From the IMG/VR virus record IMGVR_UViG_2974794945_000001, positions 165,273 to 229,272 of that record: a stretch of 64,000 bases of DNA; one strand, written 5' to 3'. The position numbers and the translations under genes were made by a program. The notes below the pieces were generated by a model, which saw only the letters and a list, made by a program, of their open reading frames with translations, was not told where the DNA came from and made no database searches. Positions 1-8,723 of this stretch are shown one piece after another. This stretch comes from a virus (lineage: Duplodnaviria > Heunggongvirae > Uroviricota > Caudoviricetes). Numbering within the stretch: position 1 is the first letter of the stretch; every line of letters starts with the position of its first letter.

Positions 1-1384
1 CCTTCTCTTCTTTAGTCATCCAGAAAGGCTTGTACTCAAAACGCAGCATGCGGATCAAGTCCATAGTAGACAAGAACTTCTTCTCGCAAAGATGTTCGTC
101 TTCTTTAAGCATCCAGTAGCCGCGAGTGCTCAGCAAGACTTCCCAATCGTAACCCATCTTTACCAGACCATCGTAAAGTTCTTGTGGGCTAGGAATATCC
201 AATTTACGTTGGAACTGAATCAGCTGCAGCATTTCAGATTGGATTTCTACAGCGCGACGGAGCTTAACATCGGAGTTAAGTTTCTGACGAACTTTAGTAC
301 GAGACAGCGCGACGTTTGGACGCAGTTCTACAAAGTAGTTCTGTACGTTACCACCAATACCAAAACCGTTTTCTTTACAGTAGTGGAATTCAGACAGAGC
401 TGGCAATACACCTTCTGACTGAGAAACAATAATCGGGAATGGTAGATCCGAGATACCGCCTTTCGAACGTAGGTTCTTAACTTCCAGAATACGAAGGTCA
501 GAGTCGCCTTGCATTGCAGTAGCATTGTCCAACGGATAAATAGGCATCTTATCGTTGTTAAGCAAAGGCTTGTTAGACGTTACATCGTACACGTTGTTTG
601 GCAGAGAATAGAAACCACCCGATACACCTTTCAACACGGTATCTTTCTTCATACCAGTCAGGTTACGTTTATCGGTAGGGTACATTTCCATGTTGATGAT
701 ATCACCAACGTGAGCTGTCAGAATGAAGTGTGTACCAGTTTTAGCTGCAACTTGTGGAAGCTGATTGAACAGTTGGTTCTTAGCTTTACCGTTAGTCATT
801 GCATCGGTGTTGTTTTTACCATCACCAATTTTGTTCTTAGCGTACATCTCATCTACAGCAGAAACAATAAACTTCGAAAACGAGTCAATGAAAGCTGTAG
901 TAGGTTGCAAGCATTCTTTTGCTTTACCGTCTTTATCAGCAAACGGTGTAGTGCGTGTATGCGGCTTAGGATCTTTTGCTTTAGCATCCAAAGCTTTACG
1001 CAGGGTAAAGAAGAACTCGTCGCCAGTGTATTGCGAGAGGTCTGTAAACATGAACTGCGGATCATCGTTGAAATCGATTGCTGCGATTTCTGGGAAGTGT
1101 TGTGCAATAGAACTGAAACGTGCTACTGGGTTCAGTGTGCCTTCTGTATCGTAAACCATCGAGTGTGAACCGGGCATAGCGCGACGCACCATCGCCAACA
1201 TGTAAACACCCAGTGCAGTCTTAAAGTTGTTAGGACGGGATACAATACCGTTCAATGCACCAAGACCACCGTTGAGGATCATTTCCCCATTTTCGCCTTC
1301 CTCATAATGACCAGACGAAATATCCATCAAACAACCGACGTTGACCGCCGGTCGAAATGATGGCTTCTTAAACTCTCCAAACAT
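1..1384 (-). CDS. uvsX: UvsX/RecA-like recombinase (phiKZ gp152-like); C-terminus runs off the window
   Basis: Hand translation from ATG 1384 (GAGG SD upstream): MFGEFKKPSFRPAVNVG...GIVSRPNNFKT (P-loop), VYDTEG, TAFIDSFS (Walker B), KNLRSKGG. Missing from the ORF track because no stop lies inside the window. Confidence 0.85.
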   Translation of the reverse strand, partial: MFGEFKKPSFRPAVNVGCLMDISSGHYEEGENGEMILNGGLGALNGIVSRPNNFKTALGVYMLAMVRRAMPGSHSMVYDTEGTLNPVARFSSIAQHFPEIAAIDFNDDPQFMFTDLSQYTGDEFFFTLRKALDAKAKDPKPHTRTTPFADKDGKAKECLQPTTAFIDSFSKFIVSAVDEMYAKNKIGDGKNNTDAMTNGKAKNQLFNQLPQVAAKTGTHFILTAHVGDIINMEMYPTDKRNLTGMKKDTVLKGVSGGFYSLPNNVYDVTSNKPLLNNDKMPIYPLDNATAMQGDSDLRILEVKNLRSKGGISDLPFPIIVSQSEGVLPALSEFHYCKENGFGIGGNVQNYFVELRPNVALSRTKVRQKLNSDVKLRRAVEIQSEMLQLIQFQRKLDIPSPQELYDGLVKMGYDWEVLLSTRGYWMLKEDEHLCEKKFLSTMDLIRMLRFEYKPFWMTKEEK

Positions 1385-1481
1385 GTTGTTTCCTCTTTGA
1401 TGTTATATAGCAATCAATTAATTGAGTTCAAGCGTAATTTTATGTCTAGACTCATCTACTCCTAAACACAAGGTAGCAACC

Positions 1482-2348
1482 ATGTCACTCTTTACTCGTT
1501 ATGGCGATAATGAAGTTGTATCCATCGAATCAGCTGGTGAAAAGACCGTTGATCCAATCCGTCAGTTTTATGCAGCCTGCGAAAGTATTTCCATGGAAGC
1601 TGCTGAAATGGGTTCTATTGCTGGTTGGTTTGTTCGTACCGGTGCTAACGTTTCCGCTTCTATTCAAAGAGGCTTTGAGAAACTCACCACTTACGAATGG
1701 GCTCCACTAACCACCCTGTATCCTTCTAACATGAATTCCGTAATGCGTACACGGGATTACATGGAGATTCAATCTAAACCAGTCAGTCAGCCTCGTGGCT
1801 TCTCTGGTAACCTTTATGAATACGTAATGGGCATGTCTCCACGAATTCAATTGGCTTGTGCTATTCGACAGAATGTAATTGAACCCGCAATCAAACGTCT
1901 TGGTTATTACTTGAGCAATCCATCCGAACGTGGTGATCGTCGTGATTTCCCAGGTGGTGCTTCTCCTGTTGCTGAGATCGGTACACTGATTGCTAATGAG
2001 GTTAAGTTCTTCAAAAGCGATAACCAAGCCACTGCAACTTTTGGACAATTGTTTTCTAACAATGCTGAATTTGTTAAAGCCGAATACCAGATGGTTGAAT
2101 ACGGTAAACTGTTAGCTCAAACCCCACCAGCTGCTGTTAAAGCTTCGGTAGAACAACTAGCGGCCATCGCTGGCGGTCTGTTTAAATCGTTGACCTCTGA
2201 GCGTGACCCGGCTTCTAAGCAACTGGTACAAGTTATCGGTAAAGAACTAGAGACTGTTGCTCGTTGGGTTGAGTGGTACGCTTTACAGATTACTCGTTTG
2301 ACCGAAACTAATGCTGTCTTTGCACAGCTTGAGAAAGATCTCCGCTAA
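1482..2348 (+). CDS. Putative virion head protein
   Basis: ATG 1482 after AAGG. N-terminal S/A-x-E motifs (SIE, SME) typical of prohead-protease substrates. Syntenic with phiKZ gp153. Confidence 0.6.
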   Translation: MSLFTRYGDNEVVSIESAGEKTVDPIRQFYAACESISMEAAEMGSIAGWFVRTGANVSASIQRGFEKLTTYEWAPLTTLYPSNMNSVMRTRDYMEIQSKPVSQPRGFSGNLYEYVMGMSPRIQLACAIRQNVIEPAIKRLGYYLSNPSERGDRRDFPGGASPVAEIGTLIANEVKFFKSDNQATATFGQLFSNNAEFVKAEYQMVEYGKLLAQTPPAAVKASVEQLAAIAGGLFKSLTSERDPASKQLVQVIGKELETVARWVEWYALQITRLTETNAVFAQLEKDLR

Positions 2349-2351
2349 TGG

Positions 2352-2383
2352 CATAAAGGCTACCCGTTGGGGTAGCCAATATG
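2352..2383. terminator. CATA-hairpin-TATG element, bidirectional
   Basis: GGCTACCC/GGGTAGCC between convergent genes. Confidence 0.7.
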
Positions 2384-2386
2384 TTG

Positions 2387-2800
2387 TTAAACAATAACAA
2401 TAGGTGAAGCACAGATAGCAAACACCCGTTGAATGTCATTGCGGAACGTATCTTCGTCGGAGTATCGTAACCAGCAAGGGATTGCCCTGCGAATACTTTT
2501 CCAACCACAGTCTGGGGAGCTTTTGGCTTCATTAAGACTAGGTATACCCTGTAAGCAATGATCCGCAATAGCCGTTGGGAACTTTAATGCATTAGCATCA
2601 CGCACCAAGCACATCTGCTCGTTAAGTGCTATGACTTTGCCGTAACGTTCTTGAACAACATCACCGCCGACCCACTTGGAGTGGATGATGGCTAACACAC
2701 ACATCCTTTTAAAGTCATTATCTAGCTTGGCACAGAAGCGCAAGCCCAGTCTTGTAAAAAACTGGGTAATGACATTTCGGAGATAGGTTAGTAGTTTCAT
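2387..2800 (-). CDS. Hypothetical protein
   Basis: ATG 2800 lies 10 nt after the RNase H stop, so it is co-operonic. Confidence 0.6.
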   Translation of the reverse strand: MKLLTYLRNVITQFFTRLGLRFCAKLDNDFKRMCVLAIIHSKWVGGDVVQERYGKVIALNEQMCLVRDANALKFPTAIADHCLQGIPSLNEAKSSPDCGWKSIRRAIPCWLRYSDEDTFRNDIQRVFAICASPIVIV

Positions 2801-2810
2801 GTAATACCCG

Positions 2811-4259
2811 CTATTTAGGTAGAATGAACTGTGTATACGGACTCTGGTAAATTGCTGAACCTTCATCTGTTTGAAACACAGTCGCGTATGTATAGGCCCG
2901 AGGCCCAACAGCAATAACCAACACTTCTACCTTCGTGTAGCCTGCACCAATTCGGTTAAGTTGATTTCGAGTTGGAATATCCAAACCCAAGCACAATTTC
3001 AATTCCACGTCTTGCCCACGGAATTGAATCTTTGGATTAACCGATTCAGTGTTTTGCGTAATCGATTTCAGAAGTTGTCGGATCTCTTTCTTTCCAGACG
3101 AAACTTGCTCGAAAAATGCGGTGGTAATATCAAACTTTTCAACCCCGCTACCTAGCTTTCCTGTCAGGTAGTCGTCCAACTGTCGCTGGAGTTGTTGGAA
3201 TGTCGCAACAGCATCATTTGCACGCCGCGGTGGGTTGAGGGTACGGCTAACCAATTTATAATCGGCAGTCGACAATACCATGATATCTGTGTGCTTTGAT
3301 AACAGATCTGAATTTGCCGTTTCGATACGGTTACGGATCTGTGCATTGAACACGTTTGACAAGTTAAGAATACCCAATTCTGGGTTAAGACTTGGAAAAC
3401 ACGCAGCGTGCATAGCAATAACTTGCTCCAGATAAGCATCTGGTTCATACGCTTTGTAGACACCAAAGGTTGCTTCGCTGATAGGTCGACCAATCAATAG
3501 ATCAGCTTTCGCTAATTTCTCTTTTGGTGTGTCTTGCGGCTTAAAGCCGTAGTTGTGCATTCGACCCAGGCTATACATGTAGTAGTATCCATCAGGATCT
3601 TCTCCAGTATTAAACCCGAACAACAAACGTGATTCCAGTACTAACGGATTCACTGGTTGTTTTTTCAGCTTGTTGACTTTCTCGCCTTCTTGAACGATTT
3701 CTACCGGTGCTGATTTGGCTTCATGCCCAGCTCCCAACAATGCGTTTGCATCCGCTTTGTCGTTACCCATGTCATTGGAATGACCTTTAACCCACTGGAG
3801 TTCCAGTTTGCGGTTAGGTTCTTCCCAAGACGTCTTAAGCTCAACCAAACGTTTCCAATAGTCTACGTTTGCAACCGGCTGGCCATCTGACTTGATCCAA
3901 TCATTTTTCGCCCACTTTGGAACAAACTGCGTTAAGCCCTTACGTACGTACTCGCTGTCCATCAGCATAGTCATCTGTAACGCAGGTGTCTTCAATGCAT
4001 ATTCAAATGCACCAATCGCAGCACCTAGTTCCGCCGTGTTATTCGTGGGGTTCTTTTCGATTGCACCGTAAGCGTCAATGTAGTCAATAACCGAAACAGT
4101 CTCAGCCGCTGGTACATCTTTATACCCTTTAGCGGTGGGTTGCTGTCGCGTTGATGCTTTAGACGACATTGGTGTGTTGCTATAAGTGTAACCGTGAATA
4201 CCCCAACCTGCTTTATTCTGCCGGAACGAGCCGTCAGTATAAAGAACAATACCATCCAT
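2811..4259 (-). CDS. rnhA: Ribonuclease HI with long C-terminal extension
   Basis: YTDGS, TNNTAEL, DSEYV, WVKGHSNDMGNDKADANA: the full RNase HI catalytic motif set. Confidence 0.92.
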   Translation of the reverse strand: MDGIVLYTDGSFRQNKAGWGIHGYTYSNTPMSSKASTRQQPTAKGYKDVPAAETVSVIDYIDAYGAIEKNPTNNTAELGAAIGAFEYALKTPALQMTMLMDSEYVRKGLTQFVPKWAKNDWIKSDGQPVANVDYWKRLVELKTSWEEPNRKLELQWVKGHSNDMGNDKADANALLGAGHEAKSAPVEIVQEGEKVNKLKKQPVNPLVLESRLLFGFNTGEDPDGYYYMYSLGRMHNYGFKPQDTPKEKLAKADLLIGRPISEATFGVYKAYEPDAYLEQVIAMHAACFPSLNPELGILNLSNVFNAQIRNRIETANSDLLSKHTDIMVLSTADYKLVSRTLNPPRRANDAVATFQQLQRQLDDYLTGKLGSGVEKFDITTAFFEQVSSGKKEIRQLLKSITQNTESVNPKIQFRGQDVELKLCLGLDIPTRNQLNRIGAGYTKVEVLVIAVGPRAYTYATVFQTDEGSAIYQSPYTQFILPK

Positions 4260-4303
4260 TATGATGCCCTCAAGATAAAAAACTGTCTAGATAATTAACT
4301 AAG

Positions 4304-4708
4304 TCAGTCTTTTTCCATACAGGACTTTTTCCATTCACGATAGGCTTCTCTTACGCGGGCTCTTTCGTCCACAGCGTATTGCCTCATCTCCTTGATATGC
4401 ATTGCAAGGATCGCGTCTTCATCTACTATCAATTTAGCATCGGGGTTAGAGAAAACCGGTGTGACTGGAGCTTTACCCACAGGTGGCAGAACAAACTCAG
4501 GACAAGTTTTTTCAGCTTTAACTGGAGCTTGTTTTGCAACAGCCTTTTTGCGAACTACAGCTTTCTTTCGTTTTGTTTCTTTAACAGGTGCCTGTGTTGC
4601 ACTTGCCGCTCTTTCGGTGTGAACTTCGCTGTAGTACACGGTGTTGATGGGTCGGTTTAATACGCACCCGCTACTCAAAATGAATAGCAATAATAGAACA
4701 TAACGCAT
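4304..4708 (-). CDS. Lipoprotein, candidate o-spanin
   Basis: MR + hydrophobic LLLLFIL + lipobox SSGC, a Pro-rich segment and a C-terminal helix with Cys. Confidence 0.55.
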   Translation of the reverse strand: MRYVLLLLFILSSGCVLNRPINTVYYSEVHTERAASATQAPVKETKRKKAVVRKKAVAKQAPVKAEKTCPEFVLPPVGKAPVTPVFSNPDAKLIVDEDAILAMHIKEMRQYAVDERARVREAYREWKKSCMEKD

Positions 4709-4728
4709 GGTTTACTCCCTAAGGTGAT

Positions 4729-5016
4729 TTATTTGAGTAGTTCATCCAATCGTCGACGCCGGGCGTCGACATCAGGTATACCGTGAGTAGCCTTGAGGTC
4801 CTCCAGTTCCCGAACGATTGCATGGTTCTCAACTTTGACAGCATCCAACTCAGAACCCACCCAGAAGATCGTAGCAAGCATAAGCATGATACAGAACAAC
4901 ATAAAGGTGATGTGCCGGTTTTCCAGCAGGACCTCTTTTATTTCGCGCTCTCCGAAGATTGCGCGTTTAAGGAACGGCCATAATGAGAGCAAGGCTTGTG
5001 TAGTTACGATGACCAT
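4729..5016 (-). CDS. Membrane protein, candidate i-spanin
   Basis: TM segment ITFMLFCIMLMLATIFWVG followed by a coiled-coil-like tail, directly upstream of the lipoprotein. Confidence 0.45.
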   Translation of the reverse strand: MVIVTTQALLSLWPFLKRAIFGEREIKEVLLENRHITFMLFCIMLMLATIFWVGSELDAVKVENHAIVRELEDLKATHGIPDVDARRRRLDELLK

Positions 5017-5214
5017 GATTACCTCTAGTCAGTATACAAAACTACGCCTACCCGTTAACGCCAATTGGCATTTCTATCGCAAGACAGCTTTTCAAACGGT
5101 AGACAAATTCCCCATGGGGATGACCCCCACTCTACCATGACGTTTATCGTTAACATAAGCGGGACTATCAATTTTATAGATGGATTACCATCGCCCGCTC
5201 ATGAGGACCGTTAA

Positions 5215-6528
5215 ATGTATAACTTGAAAGGTTTCATTGGATACCCTTCCCTGGTCAATAACGTACCTGACCAAGTCGCAAAATTCGGTGAACTGTCAAA
5301 CAACAGCGCCACCTATGCAAAAGACAAAACGATCCACACCAGCACGTCAGTACCGAATACGGTGTTCTTTTCCTTTCATAGCGTAAAGGATGAAACTCTA
5401 ACGGATGTAGACTCAGCTACCAAGGACCTGGTCCTAAAGCTCTCTAAGTATCTGCTAGATCAGGCTATTGCTGGTGCGATCACTCAAGACCCACAAGTCG
5501 TAAGACAAATGGTTCTGGCTGAATTCGGCCCACTACTGAAATCGTTTACAACTGGTAAGATGCTTACCAACAATGTTATTTGGTTGCCTGAATACGTTGT
5601 GTTGGAAATGTCGCAATATGGTGATACTAACCGCGTACAGCTTTGGTTTGCTGACGATAGTTTCTCTGGTCAGTATGACGAATATGTAATTGAAGTTGTT
5701 CATCCGCTAATTCCGTACGATGATTTCTTTAAAGATCCACTGGTAGTTATTGAAGCACTCAAAGCTTATGACCTGGATGAGAAGCTGGAGGAAGCACATT
5801 CTAAACGTGCACAATATCCTTACACTCATCTGCGTTCGTTAACTTACGATTACGTTAACCCACGTAATCCTACCATGAAACAACCGGCACGCTGGCTAGC
5901 TCTACTATACGGCATTGCTGCGGATAACCAAGACTTTATTAATGACAAGATCATTGAAGAACTGTTGGCTAACTCCACACATACTCGTGAAGAATGGGAA
6001 GCAATCTTACCCGATCTGTTTAAGAAGACTGAGTTTATCATTACTCCGTTTTGGGAAAACTATTCGGTAGCTGCAGGTATTCTGGGTTCTGGTTTTTATA
6101 GCCCTACCGTAGATCCACGTAAAGAGATTACTTTACTACAGCGTACTGCTCGTGGTCCAGCCTACACTACTGCCTGGGTTAACGCACAATACGAGATCTC
6201 TTCGCACACTTACAAGTCTCTGGCTTTTGGTGTACTGGGTAACCCACAGAACCGTGAAGGTGTTGTTCGCTTCTCAGCTAAGTTCCCTGACTATCTGTTG
6301 GTAACTAACAACACTGGTGACTTTGATCGTGTTGATCCGGAAACTACCGGTGAATGGATGATCGTGTTTGCTAACCTGTTGAAAGTAGCTGAGACAATGG
6401 ATCGTTACACATCTGTTCCACTGGGTGTATCTCGAATGATTCGTGATGGTGTTGTTTATGCTTCGGCAATGTTCCAACGTGTAAACTATTTGGTTGTTAC
6501 CAAAGCATCCGTAGAAGAGTTTACATAA
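5215..6528 (+). CDS. Putative virion structural protein
   Basis: 437-aa ORF with GAGGA SD and a terminator after it, in the conserved structural block. Confidence 0.6.
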   Translation: MYNLKGFIGYPSLVNNVPDQVAKFGELSNNSATYAKDKTIHTSTSVPNTVFFSFHSVKDETLTDVDSATKDLVLKLSKYLLDQAIAGAITQDPQVVRQMVLAEFGPLLKSFTTGKMLTNNVIWLPEYVVLEMSQYGDTNRVQLWFADDSFSGQYDEYVIEVVHPLIPYDDFFKDPLVVIEALKAYDLDEKLEEAHSKRAQYPYTHLRSLTYDYVNPRNPTMKQPARWLALLYGIAADNQDFINDKIIEELLANSTHTREEWEAILPDLFKKTEFIITPFWENYSVAAGILGSGFYSPTVDPRKEITLLQRTARGPAYTTAWVNAQYEISSHTYKSLAFGVLGNPQNREGVVRFSAKFPDYLLVTNNTGDFDRVDPETTGEWMIVFANLLKVAETMDRYTSVPLGVSRMIRDGVVYASAMFQRVNYLVVTKASVEEFT

Positions 6529-6550
6529 GGGGCCTTCGGGCTCCTTTATG
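6524..6550 (+). terminator. CATA-hairpin-TATG element
   Basis: AAGGGGCC-TTCG-GGCTCCTT. Confidence 0.7.
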
Positions 6551-6588
6551 CCCAATCTGATGACACTTCAATTAACAAAGGCAATGCC

Positions 6589-7212
6589 ATGGCTAGTGTA
6601 ATCCCGCAAATTGGAATCAAAGGACGGTGGGAAGTAAAAGATCCTTTTTCCGTTCAACCTGGTCTCCTTTATACTCTCGGTGCCATTCGTTCATTCGTTG
6701 ATATCGAGAACAACGGCGTAAATGTTTTTGATACGTATTACGGTCCGGTTGGTATTCCTCAAGCAACGTACAGTGATGATCGCCGTAAAGGTGTCATGCT
6801 GTTAACATTGCTTTCTGATACAGTTGCACCCATCTACATTCCTTCGTCGTTTGTTACAGCTTACCCATCGTTGGATTCGGTAAATTACCATCACGTTGTG
6901 TTGTCTGCTTCTTGTGGTGCTTTACCTGTTACCATGTCATTAGACTTCTTAGTTTCGCAAGTCGCTAAGATTGTCTCGGACACTATTGGTGTAACCCCAA
7001 CAATCAACATTGGCGTTGTACCTTTGTTAAGTGTGGTAACACCGGAACAACACGAAACAAACGAAGCTAAGCGTGAAGCGGCTATTGCTAACCGCACTAC
7101 CGATTACGCAAGGCTTGCCGAAGAGCAACGCAAGAATGCTTTACTCTCTCAACGCTTGGCTGTAGCCGAGACGATCATTAAGAATCTCAAAGACCAAGGT
7201 CTTATTCCATAA
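6589..7212 (+). CDS. Putative virion structural protein
   Basis: 207-aa ORF with AAGG SD and a C-terminal coiled coil. Confidence 0.55.
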   Translation: MASVIPQIGIKGRWEVKDPFSVQPGLLYTLGAIRSFVDIENNGVNVFDTYYGPVGIPQATYSDDRRKGVMLLTLLSDTVAPIYIPSSFVTAYPSLDSVNYHHVVLSASCGALPVTMSLDFLVSQVAKIVSDTIGVTPTINIGVVPLLSVVTPEQHETNEAKREAAIANRTTDYARLAEEQRKNALLSQRLAVAETIIKNLKDQGLIP

Positions 7213-7223
7213 CTGGAGTTTAT

Positions 7224-7787
7224 ATGTCTCATTCCAAATCAAAAAGTCTTTCCTCTATTCTGGCAGCTTTGGAAGACAGTGATGGCACAGCACAAGTTGT
7301 TGATGTGACTAACGCTACTGCTTCCGCAACAAAAGATCACCCAGCTGCTCCTGAAGGTGAAGCTAACTCTGATGGTGTAGCCGCTACGGCAGCTGATACC
7401 GTTAAAGTGGGCGATAGTGATATGATTTCTGCCACTGTGCAAGAAGAAATTGCTAAGGGCGAACAGATCGATCGTGATACCGAAAAGATGTGTGAAGCAC
7501 AAGCTGCTTGCGAACATCACATTGGTGAAATCCAAAAGTACATTGATCGTAATGAATCTGTACCTAGTAGCATGGCTAAAGCAATTAAAGTTAGTTTGCT
7601 CCGTCATGACAAAAACTTCTTCGCTCAAACAGTTCCATCGCTTGAAGCATTTGATGGCTACGTTGGTCGTATGACTGTTTCCCTAGAACTGCTGGATAAA
7701 TTGAAAGCTGGTTCTAAAGTAATTGGTGCAGCTATTGTTAGTGCTGCTGAAATGAAAGCTTCGTTGAAAGGTGCTAAACATGGCTAA
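7224..7787 (+). CDS. Short internal-head-protein paralog (mostly acidic propeptide)
   Basis: ALE/SLE motifs; the segment AIKVSLLRHDKNFFAQTVPSLEAFD is shared with the next paralogs. Confidence 0.65.
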   Translation: MSHSKSKSLSSILAALEDSDGTAQVVDVTNATASATKDHPAAPEGEANSDGVAATAADTVKVGDSDMISATVQEEIAKGEQIDRDTEKMCEAQAACEHHIGEIQKYIDRNESVPSSMAKAIKVSLLRHDKNFFAQTVPSLEAFDGYVGRMTVSLELLDKLKAGSKVIGAAIVSAAEMKASLKGAKHG

Positions 7788-8322
7788 GGGTAAATTCACA
7801 AAACTGTTGGCTCGGATTAGCAATGAATCTGAAGACGGTGTTGCACATCCAGTTGATGTAAAAGAAACTAGTGCTGAACTGGCTAAACCAGAACTTAAAA
7901 CTTCTGAAGACGATGGTTCGGATAAAGGTCAGATTGAAGAAGCACATCAAAATGTAGATGCCGGTGGTAAAGACTACACCGCTATTGATGAAGCATCTAA
8001 ACGTCAAGGCGAAGTTATTCACAAACAACTGGAACGTCTACAAGAGACTTCGGGTTCTTTGGAAGCTTACATTGAAATCGTAGAAGAATCTAGCAAAGCT
8101 AAAACCAGCATTGGTTCTGGTGCGGCTGCTGTCATTCAACATGATCTGGTTTCTCGTTACCCTAAGTTCTTTGATAAAGTAGTTCCTTCAGTAGAAGCTT
8201 TTGATATGGCTACCGGTCGTGACACTACTGTTGCTTTGGGTGTTACTCTAAATAAGAAGCTGACCCAAGTTAAAGCGAACATTGAAAAGAAAAAAGATCG
8301 TCTGGCTACATTAGCAAAGTAA
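7780..8322 (+). CDS. Short internal-head-protein paralog
   Basis: ATG 7780 overlaps the previous stop; SNE/SLE/SVE motifs; RYPKFFDKVVPSVEAFD. Confidence 0.65.
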   Translation: MAKGKFTKLLARISNESEDGVAHPVDVKETSAELAKPELKTSEDDGSDKGQIEEAHQNVDAGGKDYTAIDEASKRQGEVIHKQLERLQETSGSLEAYIEIVEESSKAKTSIGSGAAAVIQHDLVSRYPKFFDKVVPSVEAFDMATGRDTTVALGVTLNKKLTQVKANIEKKKDRLATLAK

Positions 8323-8372
8323 CTGCCTCCCAGGAGGCATACACCGAAGGCCCGGACAGTACGTTTACACAC

Positions 8373-8657
8373 ATGGGTAAAACCTACAGTGTTGACCGCT
8401 TATTAGAACTTACACGTAACACACCCGTTGTTCAATTTCCGGTTATGAAACTGGGTTGGATGATTGATGATGATTACGATGCTAAAAGAATGCGGGCAGC
8501 TGACACATCGGTTCCTATCTGCATCTACCAACTACCAAAATCAGGTGCTTGGGTTTCTATGGATGGATACCATCGTGTTATCAAAGCGATCTATGTTGAA
8601 AGACGTGAAACTATTCCAGCTAAGATAGTTACCGAACAAATGTTCAAACAGCTTTAA
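8373..8657 (+). CDS. ParB/Srx-like domain protein
   Basis: ADTSVPI...MDGYHRVIKA...IPAKIV signature. The true 5' end is uncertain (see findings). Confidence 0.65.
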   Translation: MGKTYSVDRLLELTRNTPVVQFPVMKLGWMIDDDYDAKRMRAADTSVPICIYQLPKSGAWVSMDGYHRVIKAIYVERRETIPAKIVTEQMFKQL

Positions 8658-8723
8658 CCAATATATTCGGTTGGTACTTCGGTACCAACCTTATGTAACT
8701 TTAATCCGCGGAGTAACAAACAC

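Noticed and set aside
92-1168. Plus-strand ORFs 92-418, 509-1168 and 765-1154
   Set aside because: They are antisense shadows of the uvsX gene.
1441-1444. Isolated TATG late-promoter candidates (1441, 8692, 31925, minus strand 56198)
   Set aside because: Position is plausible, but a 4-nt motif cannot be supported without TSS data.
8287-8296. A-run AAGAAAAAAG as a dnaX-type A_AAA_AAG slippery site
   Set aside because: The heptamer is not in the reading frame of the upstream ORF, and the hairpin is about 28 nt away.
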